The notes under the pieces are model-generated. The model was not told the DNA's origin, made no database searches, and was given only the letters and a program-made list of their open reading frames with translations. A DNA stretch of 64,000 nucleotides from Gemmataceae bacterium. GTDB taxonomy: Bacteria; Planctomycetota; Planctomycetia; Gemmatales; Gemmataceae. Every line of letters begins with the position of its first letter. The first letter of the stretch is position 1. Made by a program: the position numbers and the translations under genes. The DNA lies in NCBI GenBank assembly GCA_046350215.1, contig JAXMAU010000035.1, forward strand, positions 935-64,934. Reading direction: 5' to 3'. Shown here piece after piece: positions 38,376 through 46,922 of the stretch.

Positions 38376-41300
38376 TTAGCCCGCCGACGGGACGAGCGGC
38401 GCGCCGATCACGCCGAGCAGGAAGAAACGCACGGCGTCCTCGGCGAGCAGCTGCACCGGCTGCACAGTAACCACCGGGTTGCGGATCGTGCCGCCGACGT
38501 GGAGCCGCACCACCTGGTTCGCCAGCACGGCGGTGATGCGGGCGAGCAGCGCCACCGGGATCGGCCCGACCGCCGGGACGAAGCGAGCGATCGCCAGCAG
38601 CGCGGCCGGGCAGCTGGCGTTGTTGCCGGAGTACGCCGTCACGTCGAGGTCGAGCCGCCCCTGCAGCGTCACCGTGCCGGTGGCATACAGGGCGAGGCTG
38701 GCGCTGCGCAGGGCCAGCCGCTCGACGCGGACCACGCCGTTCGCCAGGCGGGCGCGAAGGTCGCCGTTCTGGAACGCCGACCCGCCGCCGAGGTTGAGCA
38801 GCGGCCCGAGCGCGGCGAACACCGGCATCTGCATCGTCTGCGTGTCTTCCAGCGTGGCGCGGATGGTGCCGGACAGGTCGTTCATCGAGCGGACGTTGCT
38901 GCCGGCAAAGTCGACGGTGGCGTTCACCCGGCCGCGGGCATAGCTGCCGACGTCGCCGGCCGCCACCAGCCGGGACAGCTGTGCCCTGCTCACCTGCAGT
39001 TGCCCGTCGACGCGGGCGCCGCTTCCGCCGCTCCACAGCGCTGCCAGCCGCAGTATCGCTCGTCCCCCGGCCAGCTGGGCGGTGCTGCCGGCGATCGTCA
39101 CCTCGCCGCCGCTCAGCCCGCTGGGGAAGCGAAACGCCACCGGGATGCGCCAGTCGACCGTCTCGACGCCGGCCACGCGACCGCGGGTCAGGGTGACGGT
39201 GCCGCCGCCGGTCCAGCCGCCGTTGAGGGTGCCGCGCAGGTCGATGTTCAGCGGCCCGTCGACCACGTCTTCCAGCCCCGGCACGCCGGCGAGCAGCTGA
39301 CTCGCCTCGATGCCGTAGGCCGTCACCGCGAAGTAACTGTTGCCACGGTAGCGGTAGCCGGCCGCGATTCGCACCGTTCCGCCGGCGAGCTGGCCTTCCA
39401 GGTTGCGCAACTGCACGCCGGCGGTCGTCAGTGACAGCCCGCCACGGATGCTGCCGGTCAGCTGGGTCCGCTCCCAGCGCAAACCGCGGACCACGAACCT
39501 GGCATCGCCGACCGGCCGGCCGTCGACCACGCGGAACGGCAGGTCGAGCGACAGCACGCCACGCAGCGGCACCTGCCCCGCGCGCCACCCCAGCGCCGTC
39601 AGCAGCCGGGACACCCGCGCGTCACGGAGCCGCAACGTACCTGACGCCCCCTCGCGACGACCGGCGGCGGGCAGCCGGCCTTCGAGCCGCACCTTGCCGC
39701 CCAGCGCCTCGGCCTGCAGGTCGTACACCGTCTCGCCGCGTCGGTAGCGGATCGTTCCGCTCAGCCGGTCGGCCGGAATGCGCTGGACGACCAGCCGCGG
39801 CGCGGTGACGTCGACATCGGCCGACACGTCGCGCGGCTTGCCCGGCGCCGCCGGGGTGATGGTGCCCTTCACCGTCCCCGACAGCCGCCCCTCGACGCGC
39901 ACCGGCACGTCGCCCGCCACCGCACGCAGCACCTCGGAGGCGTCGACGCCCTTAAGCGTCAGGTTGAACCGCCCCGGCTCGGTCTCGCGGGTCGGCGCCC
40001 GCACCGCGCCGGTGATGGTCCCGGCATACGCGGTCGCCTGGATGTCGTCGAGCCGCAGAGCCGCCCTGTCCATCGTCAAGCGGACAAAGGCCGACGTGAG
40101 CCGCACCCGCGCCACCGTCATCTGCGCCGAGCGGAGCGTACCGCTCAGGTCGAGGGCGGTGCCGTCGAGCGGCCCCTTCGCCGTCGCCTCGATGCGGGCA
40201 ACGCCGGCCAGCTCGATCGGCGGGCGAAACGCCTCGGGCAGCCGGCGCAGCCCGGCGAGGTCGAACGAGTCGGCGACGACGCGGGCGTCGACCCGTCGCG
40301 GCGCCGCCAGCCGAACCGTCGCCGTGCCCCTCACCGGCGAGCCTTCCACGGTGCCGTTCACCTTGTCGACGGTCAGCTCGCCCTTCTCCAGCCGGGCGGC
40401 GAAGGCGGCGTTGCGAGCGCGGAGGCCGAGCACGGTCGCCTCGGGAGAGCGCAGGTCGAGGTCGGCCCGCCAGCGCGCCGGGTCGCGCAGGGCGGCGAAC
40501 GGCGCCTTGCCCGAGACGGTCCCCGAGGCGATACCAGCCAGTCCGCGCGCCTCCGCTGGCAGGAGCAGCGCGTCGAGCATCGCCAGCGACAGATCGTTGA
40601 CCTGCAGCGCGAAGTCGAGATCGCCCGGCGGCATCACCCCGAGCCGCGCCTTGCCAGCGAAACTGCCCGGTTTCGCCGGGTCGGCTTGCGGGAACCGGCC
40701 GGACAGGTCGGTCAAGGTCGCGACCCCGTCGCGGTAGTCGAGCCGCGCCTTCACCGCCTCCATCCGCAGATCGGCGATCCGCGCTTCGGGCACATCGACG
40801 CTGCCGTTCAGCCGATACGCCCGCAGGTTGCGCGGCGTGTTTACCGGGATCGCCACCTGCAGCCGGAACGACAGCCGACCGCTGATCGGCACCGGCGGAG
40901 TGATGTCGAACCGTCGCAGCAGCTGCTCCAGCTGCACGTCCGTGAACGACAGGTTCATTTCGAGGTATTCGCCGGGCGTGCCGGGCGGCGGCGGCCGGTC
41001 GATGGCCGCCAGCGTCTGCAGCACCCGGTGCGTGCCGGCGCCGAACCGCCCCACGCCATCGGCCAGCACCGACGCAGTCCGTGCCGCCAGCCCCGCCGGC
41101 ACATCGAGCCATCCCTGCCGGGGCGCATCGTCCGCCCGATACACGACCGGGATCAGTTCCTCGGTCGAGGCGGGCGCAGCGGACTGGAAGCGGAACCGTC
41201 GCCCATCGCCGGTGAGTCGCAGATCGATCGTCCCGGTGCCGCCGGCGAACTCGACGCCGGTGATCCGTCCCTTCCCCTCCCCGTGCGTCTCCAGCGTGCC

Positions 41301-42359
41301 GTTCCGGACGGTCAGTTTGAGATCGGCCTGGCCGGTCAGCCGGCCGCTTTGCACCGGCAGCTTCCACGCCGCCGGCAGGTCGCTCACCGCCAGGTCGTCG
41401 GCGCGGACCTTGAACCCGAACCGCGACACCGGGCCGGTGAAGTCGAGTTCGCCGTCCACCGCCAGCGCTCCGCCGGCGGCGCGCCCCTTCACTCCCTTGA
41501 GCAGCACGCGCGCGTCGTCGATGGTGAGCTTGCCCGACGCTTTCTCGGCGCGCAGGTCGATGGCGGCGACGTGAACGCGGGTGTCGCGCGGCTGCATCTC
41601 GATGCGATAGTGGACATCCGACTCGCCACCGCCGACGTGGGCCGTGAGATGCACGGGGGTACGCCCCTCGGCCTGCACTTCCTTCCACACCGCCGGGTCG
41701 ACGAACGGCAGGCGGTTCAGCTTTTCCTGCGTCACGTCGGCGTCAGTGGCGTCCATCGTCAGGTCGATGCCGCCCCTGTCCCTCTTCATCCGCCCGCCGA
41801 CCGACCAGTCGCCCCAGTACGGGTCGACGATCGATCCGGTGAGGGTGACGCCGTCGTCGGACGATTCGATCGTGCCGTCCTTGCCGTGCAAAACGACCGG
41901 CGCGCGGCCTTCCTGGCGCAGCGTGACCTCGACGCCGCGGAGGTCGATGCGTGGAAGGGTGGTCTTGCCGGTGCCGCCGCCGGGGACCGTGGTCAGCAGT
42001 TTGCCGGACCGATCGAACCGGAGCGTCACCTTCACGCCTGACAGGGTCAGCTGTTTCGGCAACCCGCCGGAGAGGGCGCCGAGGGCCGACAGGTCGGTTT
42101 CCACGCGGTCAATGCTCACCAGCGGCGTCGACGGATCGCCGGCATCGGGGACGCGCAGGCCGCCGAAGGTGCTGCCGCCGGTGAGGCCGACGGACGCCTC
42201 TTCCACCTCCACCGGCAAGTCGAGCCGGTCGCGCAGCGCCCGAGCAACCCGCTGCGCAGTGCCCGCGGACGAGAGGACCCAGCGCGCGGCGATCAGCGCC
42301 ACGCCGACGAACACCAGCAGCACCCCGACAGCCCAGCCCGTTCGTCGCAGCCGCGTCAT
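38376..42359 (-). CDS. AsmA/TamB-like giant envelope protein
   Basis: 1327 aa from ATG 42359 (MTRLRRTGWAVGVLLVFVGVALIAARWVL, N-terminal anchor). A long repetitive beta-rich body follows, then a C-terminal ..LHVGGTIRNPVVTV.. block typical of AsmA/TamB ends. The upstream 166 codons of the ORF cross repeat elements. Confidence 0.6.
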   Translation of the reverse strand: MTRLRRTGWAVGVLLVFVGVALIAARWVLSSAGTAQRVARALRDRLDLPVEVEEASVGLTGGSTFGGLRVPDAGDPSTPLVSIDRVETDLSALGALSGGLPKQLTLSGVKVTLRFDRSGKLLTTVPGGGTGKTTLPRIDLRGVEVTLRQEGRAPVVLHGKDGTIESSDDGVTLTGSIVDPYWGDWSVGGRMKRDRGGIDLTMDATDADVTQEKLNRLPFVDPAVWKEVQAEGRTPVHLTAHVGGGESDVHYRIEMQPRDTRVHVAAIDLRAEKASGKLTIDDARVLLKGVKGRAAGGALAVDGELDFTGPVSRFGFKVRADDLAVSDLPAAWKLPVQSGRLTGQADLKLTVRNGTLETHGEGKGRITGVEFAGGTGTIDLRLTGDGRRFRFQSAAPASTEELIPVVYRADDAPRQGWLDVPAGLAARTASVLADGVGRFGAGTHRVLQTLAAIDRPPPPGTPGEYLEMNLSFTDVQLEQLLRRFDITPPVPISGRLSFRLQVAIPVNTPRNLRAYRLNGSVDVPEARIADLRMEAVKARLDYRDGVATLTDLSGRFPQADPAKPGSFAGKARLGVMPPGDLDFALQVNDLSLAMLDALLLPAEARGLAGIASGTVSGKAPFAALRDPARWRADLDLRSPEATVLGLRARNAAFAARLEKGELTVDKVNGTVEGSPVRGTATVRLAAPRRVDARVVADSFDLAGLRRLPEAFRPPIELAGVARIEATAKGPLDGTALDLSGTLRSAQMTVARVRLTSAFVRLTMDRAALRLDDIQATAYAGTITGAVRAPTRETEPGRFNLTLKGVDASEVLRAVAGDVPVRVEGRLSGTVKGTITPAAPGKPRDVSADVDVTAPRLVVQRIPADRLSGTIRYRRGETVYDLQAEALGGKVRLEGRLPAAGRREGASGTLRLRDARVSRLLTALGWRAGQVPLRGVLSLDLPFRVVDGRPVGDARFVVRGLRWERTQLTGSIRGGLSLTTAGVQLRNLEGQLAGGTVRIAAGYRYRGNSYFAVTAYGIEASQLLAGVPGLEDVVDGPLNIDLRGTLNGGWTGGGTVTLTRGRVAGVETVDWRIPVAFRFPSGLSGGEVTIAGSTAQLAGGRAILRLAALWSGGSGARVDGQLQVSRAQLSRLVAAGDVGSYARGRVNATVDFAGSNVRSMNDLSGTIRATLEDTQTMQMPVFAALGPLLNLGGGSAFQNGDLRARLANGVVRVERLALRSASLALYATGTVTLQGRLDLDVTAYSGNNASCPAALLAIARFVPAVGPIPVALLARITAVLANQVVRLHVGGTIRNPVVTVQPVQLLAEDAVRFFLLGVIGAPLVPSAG

Positions 42360-42570
42360 GGCCAGCCTCCAGGTCGGCGGTCCCGCCGGGGGACCACGTT
42401 CACTCTTTCCCGTGGAGCGGACCGGGGCAAGCGCCCCACGTCGGGAAACCTCTCGCCCCGCCCGCCGGCGGGTGTGCCCGTCGTCACAAACACAACCACC
42501 CGGTTCGTTCAGCACACGGTATGCCTGACAGGACGGGACCGGAAAAAGACGCCGGGCGGCAAGATCGGTG

Positions 42571-42685
42571 CTGGTGCCATGCCCAGCCGCTCTGGGCTGG
42601 GCATGTGGAGCGAGGACGCGGCCAGTATGGGGGCCGGTCGGCGAAACGCCGCATGCCCACGCGAGCGTGGGCATGGCACCGAAGC
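42571..42685 (-). repeat. composite double-palindrome element, copy 2
   Basis: CATGCCCAGCC..GGCTGGGCATG (42578-42605) and GCATGCCCACGCGAGCGTGGGCATGGC (42651-42677). The reverse complement aligns with 28721-28838. Confidence 0.8.
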
Positions 42686-42698
42686 CGTTTCCGGCTGA

Positions 42699-42812
42699 CT
42701 TCTGGGTGCCATGGCCATGCTTCGTGGCCATGTGGTGCGAGTCATCTCTATTCGACGGGGCCGGTCGGAGAAACGCCGCATGCCCACGCGAGCGTGGGCA
42801 TGGCACCGAAGC
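42699..42812 (-). repeat. composite double-palindrome element, copy 3 (tandem with copy 2)
   Basis: ATGGCCATGCTTCGTGGCCAT (42711-42731) and ATGCCCACGCGAGCGTGGGCAT (42780-42801). A 54-bp block GGCCGGTCGG(C/A)GAAACGCCGCATGCCCACGCGAGCGTGGGCATGGCACCGAAGC is shared with copy 2. Confidence 0.8.
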
Positions 42813-42846
42813 ACCGAAGGTATCCACCCTGGCTGGATTAAAGACG

Positions 42847-42881
42847 CCGGGCGGCAAGGTCGTGAAGACCTTGCCGCCCGG
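42847..42881 (-). terminator. terminator hairpin of the metalloprotease gene
   Basis: Perfect 15-bp stem CCGGGCGGCAAGGTC / GACCTTGCCGCCCGG, loop GTGAA. On the minus strand it is followed by CGTCTTTAA. A lone left arm recurs at 42546-42567. Confidence 0.6.
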
Positions 42882-42908
42882 AAGCGTTCCGTCACCGAAG
42901 CGATTGGC

Positions 42909-45632
42909 TCACGGCTCGCTGGTCTGCAGCGAGGCGTTGAGCGTCTTGGCGATCCGCTCGCGACTCTCCTCCAGGTGAGCGCGGCTGGTGTCGTCGATCG
43001 TCACGTTGCCGTCGCCGACCAGCCGGTCGATCCGCTTGCCGACCTCGCGCAGATGCAGCCGGGCCAGGCTGCGGGCATCGGCCGGAGCGTCGCCGCCCCG
43101 GAGCACCAGCTGCGCCAGCGTCCGCAGGTGCTCGCGCTGGAGATTGCGCGTCACCACCGACAATTCCGCCTGCCGCTTGCCGTTGGCCCCCGGCCGCAGC
43201 GGATCGGCCCACACCGCGTCGGTGATCCCGCGAAACACCTCGGCGACCTGTAACGGCTGGTTTTTGGCGTCCTTGTCGGCCTTGAGCGCGTTGTTCTGCA
43301 CTCGCGCCAGCGTCGACCCGTCAAGCGCGTGCTGCAGCACCACCTGCTGGATCTCCAGGATTCGCTCGTGGATCGGGTAATCGACCTCGGAGAACAGGTT
43401 GCGCTCGGCCCCCCAGTGGACCCAGCGGTCCGACGCCAGCCGGCGGAGCAGCTTCGGCGAGTAGCGGAACGGCCGGTCGGTGAGGATGTGCTCCTGCAAA
43501 AACTTGAGCGCCGCCCGCTGCTTGTCGGGGTCGACGACGATGAACGGGTCGCGGGCGTTCGGGTCGCCGTCGTGGTCGCGGTGCATCGCCACCCCGCCGA
43601 CGAACTTGGCGATCAGGAACGCGCCGTTGCCGTACTCGCGGAGCAACAGGCCGAACGCCTGCCGCACCCGCTGATACCCCTCACCCTTGCTCGCCCCCTT
43701 GTCGGCCAGCTTGGCGAGCAGTTCCTCGGCAAGCAGGATGCGATCCTGGGCGAACTTCATCGGGTCGGCGCCCAGGTCCCAGGTGTTCACGAACGGGTCG
43801 CTGGTGGCGTACAGGTCCTCGTCGGTGGCGTAGTCGTGCCCCGGCAGCGCCGCCTTGCTGGCGATCTTCTTCAGCTCCTCGTACTCGCTCTCGGTAGTGC
43901 CGCTGAGCGGCCGATAGGCGTAATCGATTACCCAGTAGTCATATGGCCCGAGGGTGGTGGTGAAATAGTCGCCCTGTTTCACGCCCTTGGGTGCCAGGTT
44001 GATCGGCGCATAGTCCATCACGCTGCCGACCAGGCCCTTCGTGCGCGTGATGGCGGTGTCGTGCAGCTGCTCGTTCTTGAGCATGGTGCTCGATTTGAAG
44101 TTGTGGCGCAGGCCGAGGGTGTGGCCGACCTCGTGCATGGTCACTTCCTTGATTGCCTGGCCGATCAGTTCCTCATTGAGCACGCTGCCGGCGGCCGGCG
44201 GCGGAGCGGCCCCGTCGTCGCGCAGGGCGACCGCCAGGGCAAGCAGGTTCAGCTCGCGCTTCAGGCATGGACCGCACTCACACAACCCGCTGGCGACGGC
44301 GCGGAAGCGCGCCTTGGCAAACAGGTCGAGCTTGCCCGCCGGCCGGGTGTCCCAGCCGCCGACGTCGTCGCCGCCCATCTCCAGCGCCGACAGGCCTAGC
44401 CCCTTCTGCTGGGCGCGGATCGGGCTGATGTCCTCGGCGATGGCGGCGCCGGCCCCGCCGTACAGGCTGGCCGACTGGCGGTAATAGCGCACCATCGAGG
44501 CGTCGAAGACGATGTCGGCGTCAAACAGCTCGCCGGTGAGCGGGTTGGCCCGCGACGGCCCCATCGCGTAGCCGCGGTCGGTGGTGATCCAGCGGAACGT
44601 GTTGTAGTTGGAGTCTTCCGGGTCGAACTCCTCGTTCTCCTGCTGGCGTACCTCGATGGCGTCGCGGAAGCCGACCTTGGCGAATGCCTTGTTCCACTCG
44701 AGAATGCCGTCGCGGACGTAGCCGCGGTACTCATCGGGGACCGACTTCTCGATCCAGAAGACGATCTTCTTCTTCGGCGGCGCCAGCTTGCCGCCCTCCT
44801 TCCACACCGACCCGTCGGCCCGCTCCAGCCGCCAGCGGTTGACGTAGCGCAGGAACGGGGTGTCGCGGGTGTCGGTGGTGTAGTCCTTGACCACGCTGAT
44901 GAAGTGGCCGACGCGGTCGTCGGCGAGGCGCGGCTGGTAGCCGGCGTCGGGCAGCTGGCACAGGCCGTAGTGAATGACCACGGTGGCGCCGCGGCTGTCG
45001 ATCACCGCGTCGCCCTGTCCACCGCCGGCGTAGGTGGCGGCCACCTGCAGCTCGATGTTGCGCGGGAACGCCTTCACCTTGTGCCAGGTGCTGCGGTTGG
45101 GGTCGAACATGCCGCGCCGCAGCTGGGCGAAGTCAGTCATGAAGATGTCGTTCAGGCTGATCAGCACGCCCTGGCGGATCGGGTGGATCGAGTGGATCCG
45201 CAGCGCCATCAGCACGCTGTCGACGTAGCTGGTCTCGACGGCGCGGGCGACCGGGGTACTCGGACGGGCGCGGAAGCGGACGTTGCGGCGGACCAGGAAC
45301 ACCCGGTCGCCGACGCGCTGGAACACCAGCACCCACTGCTCACCGAAGTTGCGTGTGTGTCCGCCCTCGCCCATGCCGCGGGCGACGGCGATCGGGCACA
45401 GGAACGGCTGATCAAACTGGTGCGGCCGCAGCTCGGCGAACAGTGTCTCGTCCTTCTGATACAGCTTGAACAGCCCGTCGTACTCCTTCGCCCCTTTCAC
45501 CAGGGTGTCGAAGTCGGGGAATTTGGGCGGCGGGGCGTTGGGGACGACGTTGCCGGTCGAGCGGCCGGAGTGCCCGACCGACAGCAGGGCCAGGCCGCCG
45601 ACCAGGAGCAGGTGGAGCCAGTACCGTCGCAT
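42909..45632 (-). CDS. secreted zinc-dependent metalloprotease (met-zincin, DUF4953/DUF5117-type)
   Basis: 907 aa from ATG 45632. Signal peptide MRRYWLHLLLVGGLALLSVG and catalytic HEVGHTLGLRHNF. Confidence 0.85.
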   Translation of the reverse strand: MRRYWLHLLLVGGLALLSVGHSGRSTGNVVPNAPPPKFPDFDTLVKGAKEYDGLFKLYQKDETLFAELRPHQFDQPFLCPIAVARGMGEGGHTRNFGEQWVLVFQRVGDRVFLVRRNVRFRARPSTPVARAVETSYVDSVLMALRIHSIHPIRQGVLISLNDIFMTDFAQLRRGMFDPNRSTWHKVKAFPRNIELQVAATYAGGGQGDAVIDSRGATVVIHYGLCQLPDAGYQPRLADDRVGHFISVVKDYTTDTRDTPFLRYVNRWRLERADGSVWKEGGKLAPPKKKIVFWIEKSVPDEYRGYVRDGILEWNKAFAKVGFRDAIEVRQQENEEFDPEDSNYNTFRWITTDRGYAMGPSRANPLTGELFDADIVFDASMVRYYRQSASLYGGAGAAIAEDISPIRAQQKGLGLSALEMGGDDVGGWDTRPAGKLDLFAKARFRAVASGLCECGPCLKRELNLLALAVALRDDGAAPPPAAGSVLNEELIGQAIKEVTMHEVGHTLGLRHNFKSSTMLKNEQLHDTAITRTKGLVGSVMDYAPINLAPKGVKQGDYFTTTLGPYDYWVIDYAYRPLSGTTESEYEELKKIASKAALPGHDYATDEDLYATSDPFVNTWDLGADPMKFAQDRILLAEELLAKLADKGASKGEGYQRVRQAFGLLLREYGNGAFLIAKFVGGVAMHRDHDGDPNARDPFIVVDPDKQRAALKFLQEHILTDRPFRYSPKLLRRLASDRWVHWGAERNLFSEVDYPIHERILEIQQVVLQHALDGSTLARVQNNALKADKDAKNQPLQVAEVFRGITDAVWADPLRPGANGKRQAELSVVTRNLQREHLRTLAQLVLRGGDAPADARSLARLHLREVGKRIDRLVGDGNVTIDDTSRAHLEESRERIAKTLNASLQTSEP

Positions 45633-45872
45633 GAAGCAGTCCTCGGGTTGATGGAACGCACGCCGGCGGGCCGGTGGGCAGAGGCACCGCGGACGAGGTC
45701 GTACCGGACGATGGATGTTCCTCCACATTAACGGCCGTCCACCGCCGCAACAAGGGTTCTGGGGAAGCCGGGGAAGCTCTGCCGGTCAGGCAAGGTGTCA
45801 CGATCGGTGCGATTGTACCGGCCGGCGGTATAGTGAGGGGGAGCGCCAGCACGGCACCGGGGACGCCAGGTC

Positions 45873-46922
45873 ATGACGAAGCCGCCATTCGAGGAACAGT
45901 TGCTCGGCCAGACGATCGCCGGGAAGTACCGCCTGACGGCGATCCAGGGGGCGGGGTTCTACAGCGTGGTGTTCGTCGCCGAACAGCATTTCTGCGGCCG
46001 GTTGGTGCGGCCGGTGGCGGTGAAGGTGTCGCGGCAGACCGGGCTGACCGAGGAGACGGCGCCGCACCTGTTCGGCGACGCCATCATCCTGGCGCGACTG
46101 CTGGCCGGCAGCCACCACGACGGCCGGCAGCACCTGGTCCAGATCCACGACATGGGGTTGCTGCCCGAGCACGAGGGCCGCGCCTTCCTGGTGATGGAGT
46201 ACGTCGACGGCCGGCCGCTGCTGTCGCACATGCAGGCGGCGGGGCGGTTCACCGTCGCCACCGGGTTGCGGCTGCTCAAGCAGGTGTGCCTGGCGATGGC
46301 GCTGGTGCATGCGCAGGGTGCGATTCACCGCGACCTGATCCCGGAGAACATTCTGGTCGATCGCCGCGGACGGGTGCGGGTGGTCGACTTCGGGCTGGCC
46401 GCCTACGCCGATCCGCGCGCCGGCTTCGTCCCCGGCGCGATGGGCACCTTCTGTTACATGGCGCCGGAGACGGTGCTGGGCACATCGGTGCCAGCGTCAG
46501 ACGTGTACAGCATCGGGCTGGTGATGTACCAGCTGTTCACCGGCGGCGGACCGCACCTGACGGCGCCGTGGGCGACCGACGAGAAGGAGGACCGCAGCCG
46601 CGAGAACTACCGGATCAAGACCGGGCTGCGCTTCGCCCCGCCGTCGGAGTTCCAGAACGAGATCCGCAATGACTACCGCTGGCTCGACGGCCTGCTGCTG
46701 CGCTGTCTCGACCCCGATCCCGCTCGTCGATTCCCCGACGCCGGCGCGGCTGCTGCGCGAGCAATCTCCGCCTGTGAGGCCGGCGAACCGCTGCCACCAA
46801 TCGAGTATGGCGATACTCGCAACCAAACTCCGCTGCCGCATCCGCCAGCCGTCGACGAGGCTGGCGAGGCGGTGTTTCGCGAGGTCCGCAAGCTGCTCAC
46901 CGGCGGGCGTATGCCGCGGTGA
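45873..46922 (+). CDS. serine/threonine protein kinase
   Basis: Intact 349-aa ORF with VAVK, HRDLIPENILV, DFGLA and APE motifs. Confidence 0.9.
   Translation: MTKPPFEEQLLGQTIAGKYRLTAIQGAGFYSVVFVAEQHFCGRLVRPVAVKVSRQTGLTEETAPHLFGDAIILARLLAGSHHDGRQHLVQIHDMGLLPEHEGRAFLVMEYVDGRPLLSHMQAAGRFTVATGLRLLKQVCLAMALVHAQGAIHRDLIPENILVDRRGRVRVVDFGLAAYADPRAGFVPGAMGTFCYMAPETVLGTSVPASDVYSIGLVMYQLFTGGGPHLTAPWATDEKEDRSRENYRIKTGLRFAPPSEFQNEIRNDYRWLDGLLLRCLDPDPARRFPDAGAAAARAISACEAGEPLPPIEYGDTRNQTPLPHPPAVDEAGEAVFREVRKLLTGGRMPR

Noticed and set aside
42571-42812. Possible CRISPR array, based on repeated palindromes with a spacer.
   Set aside because: Only two units are present. The units are ~115-bp composite elements rather than 25-40-bp repeats. 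The spacer is 13 bp, copies occur singly elsewhere in both orientations, and there are no cas genes.
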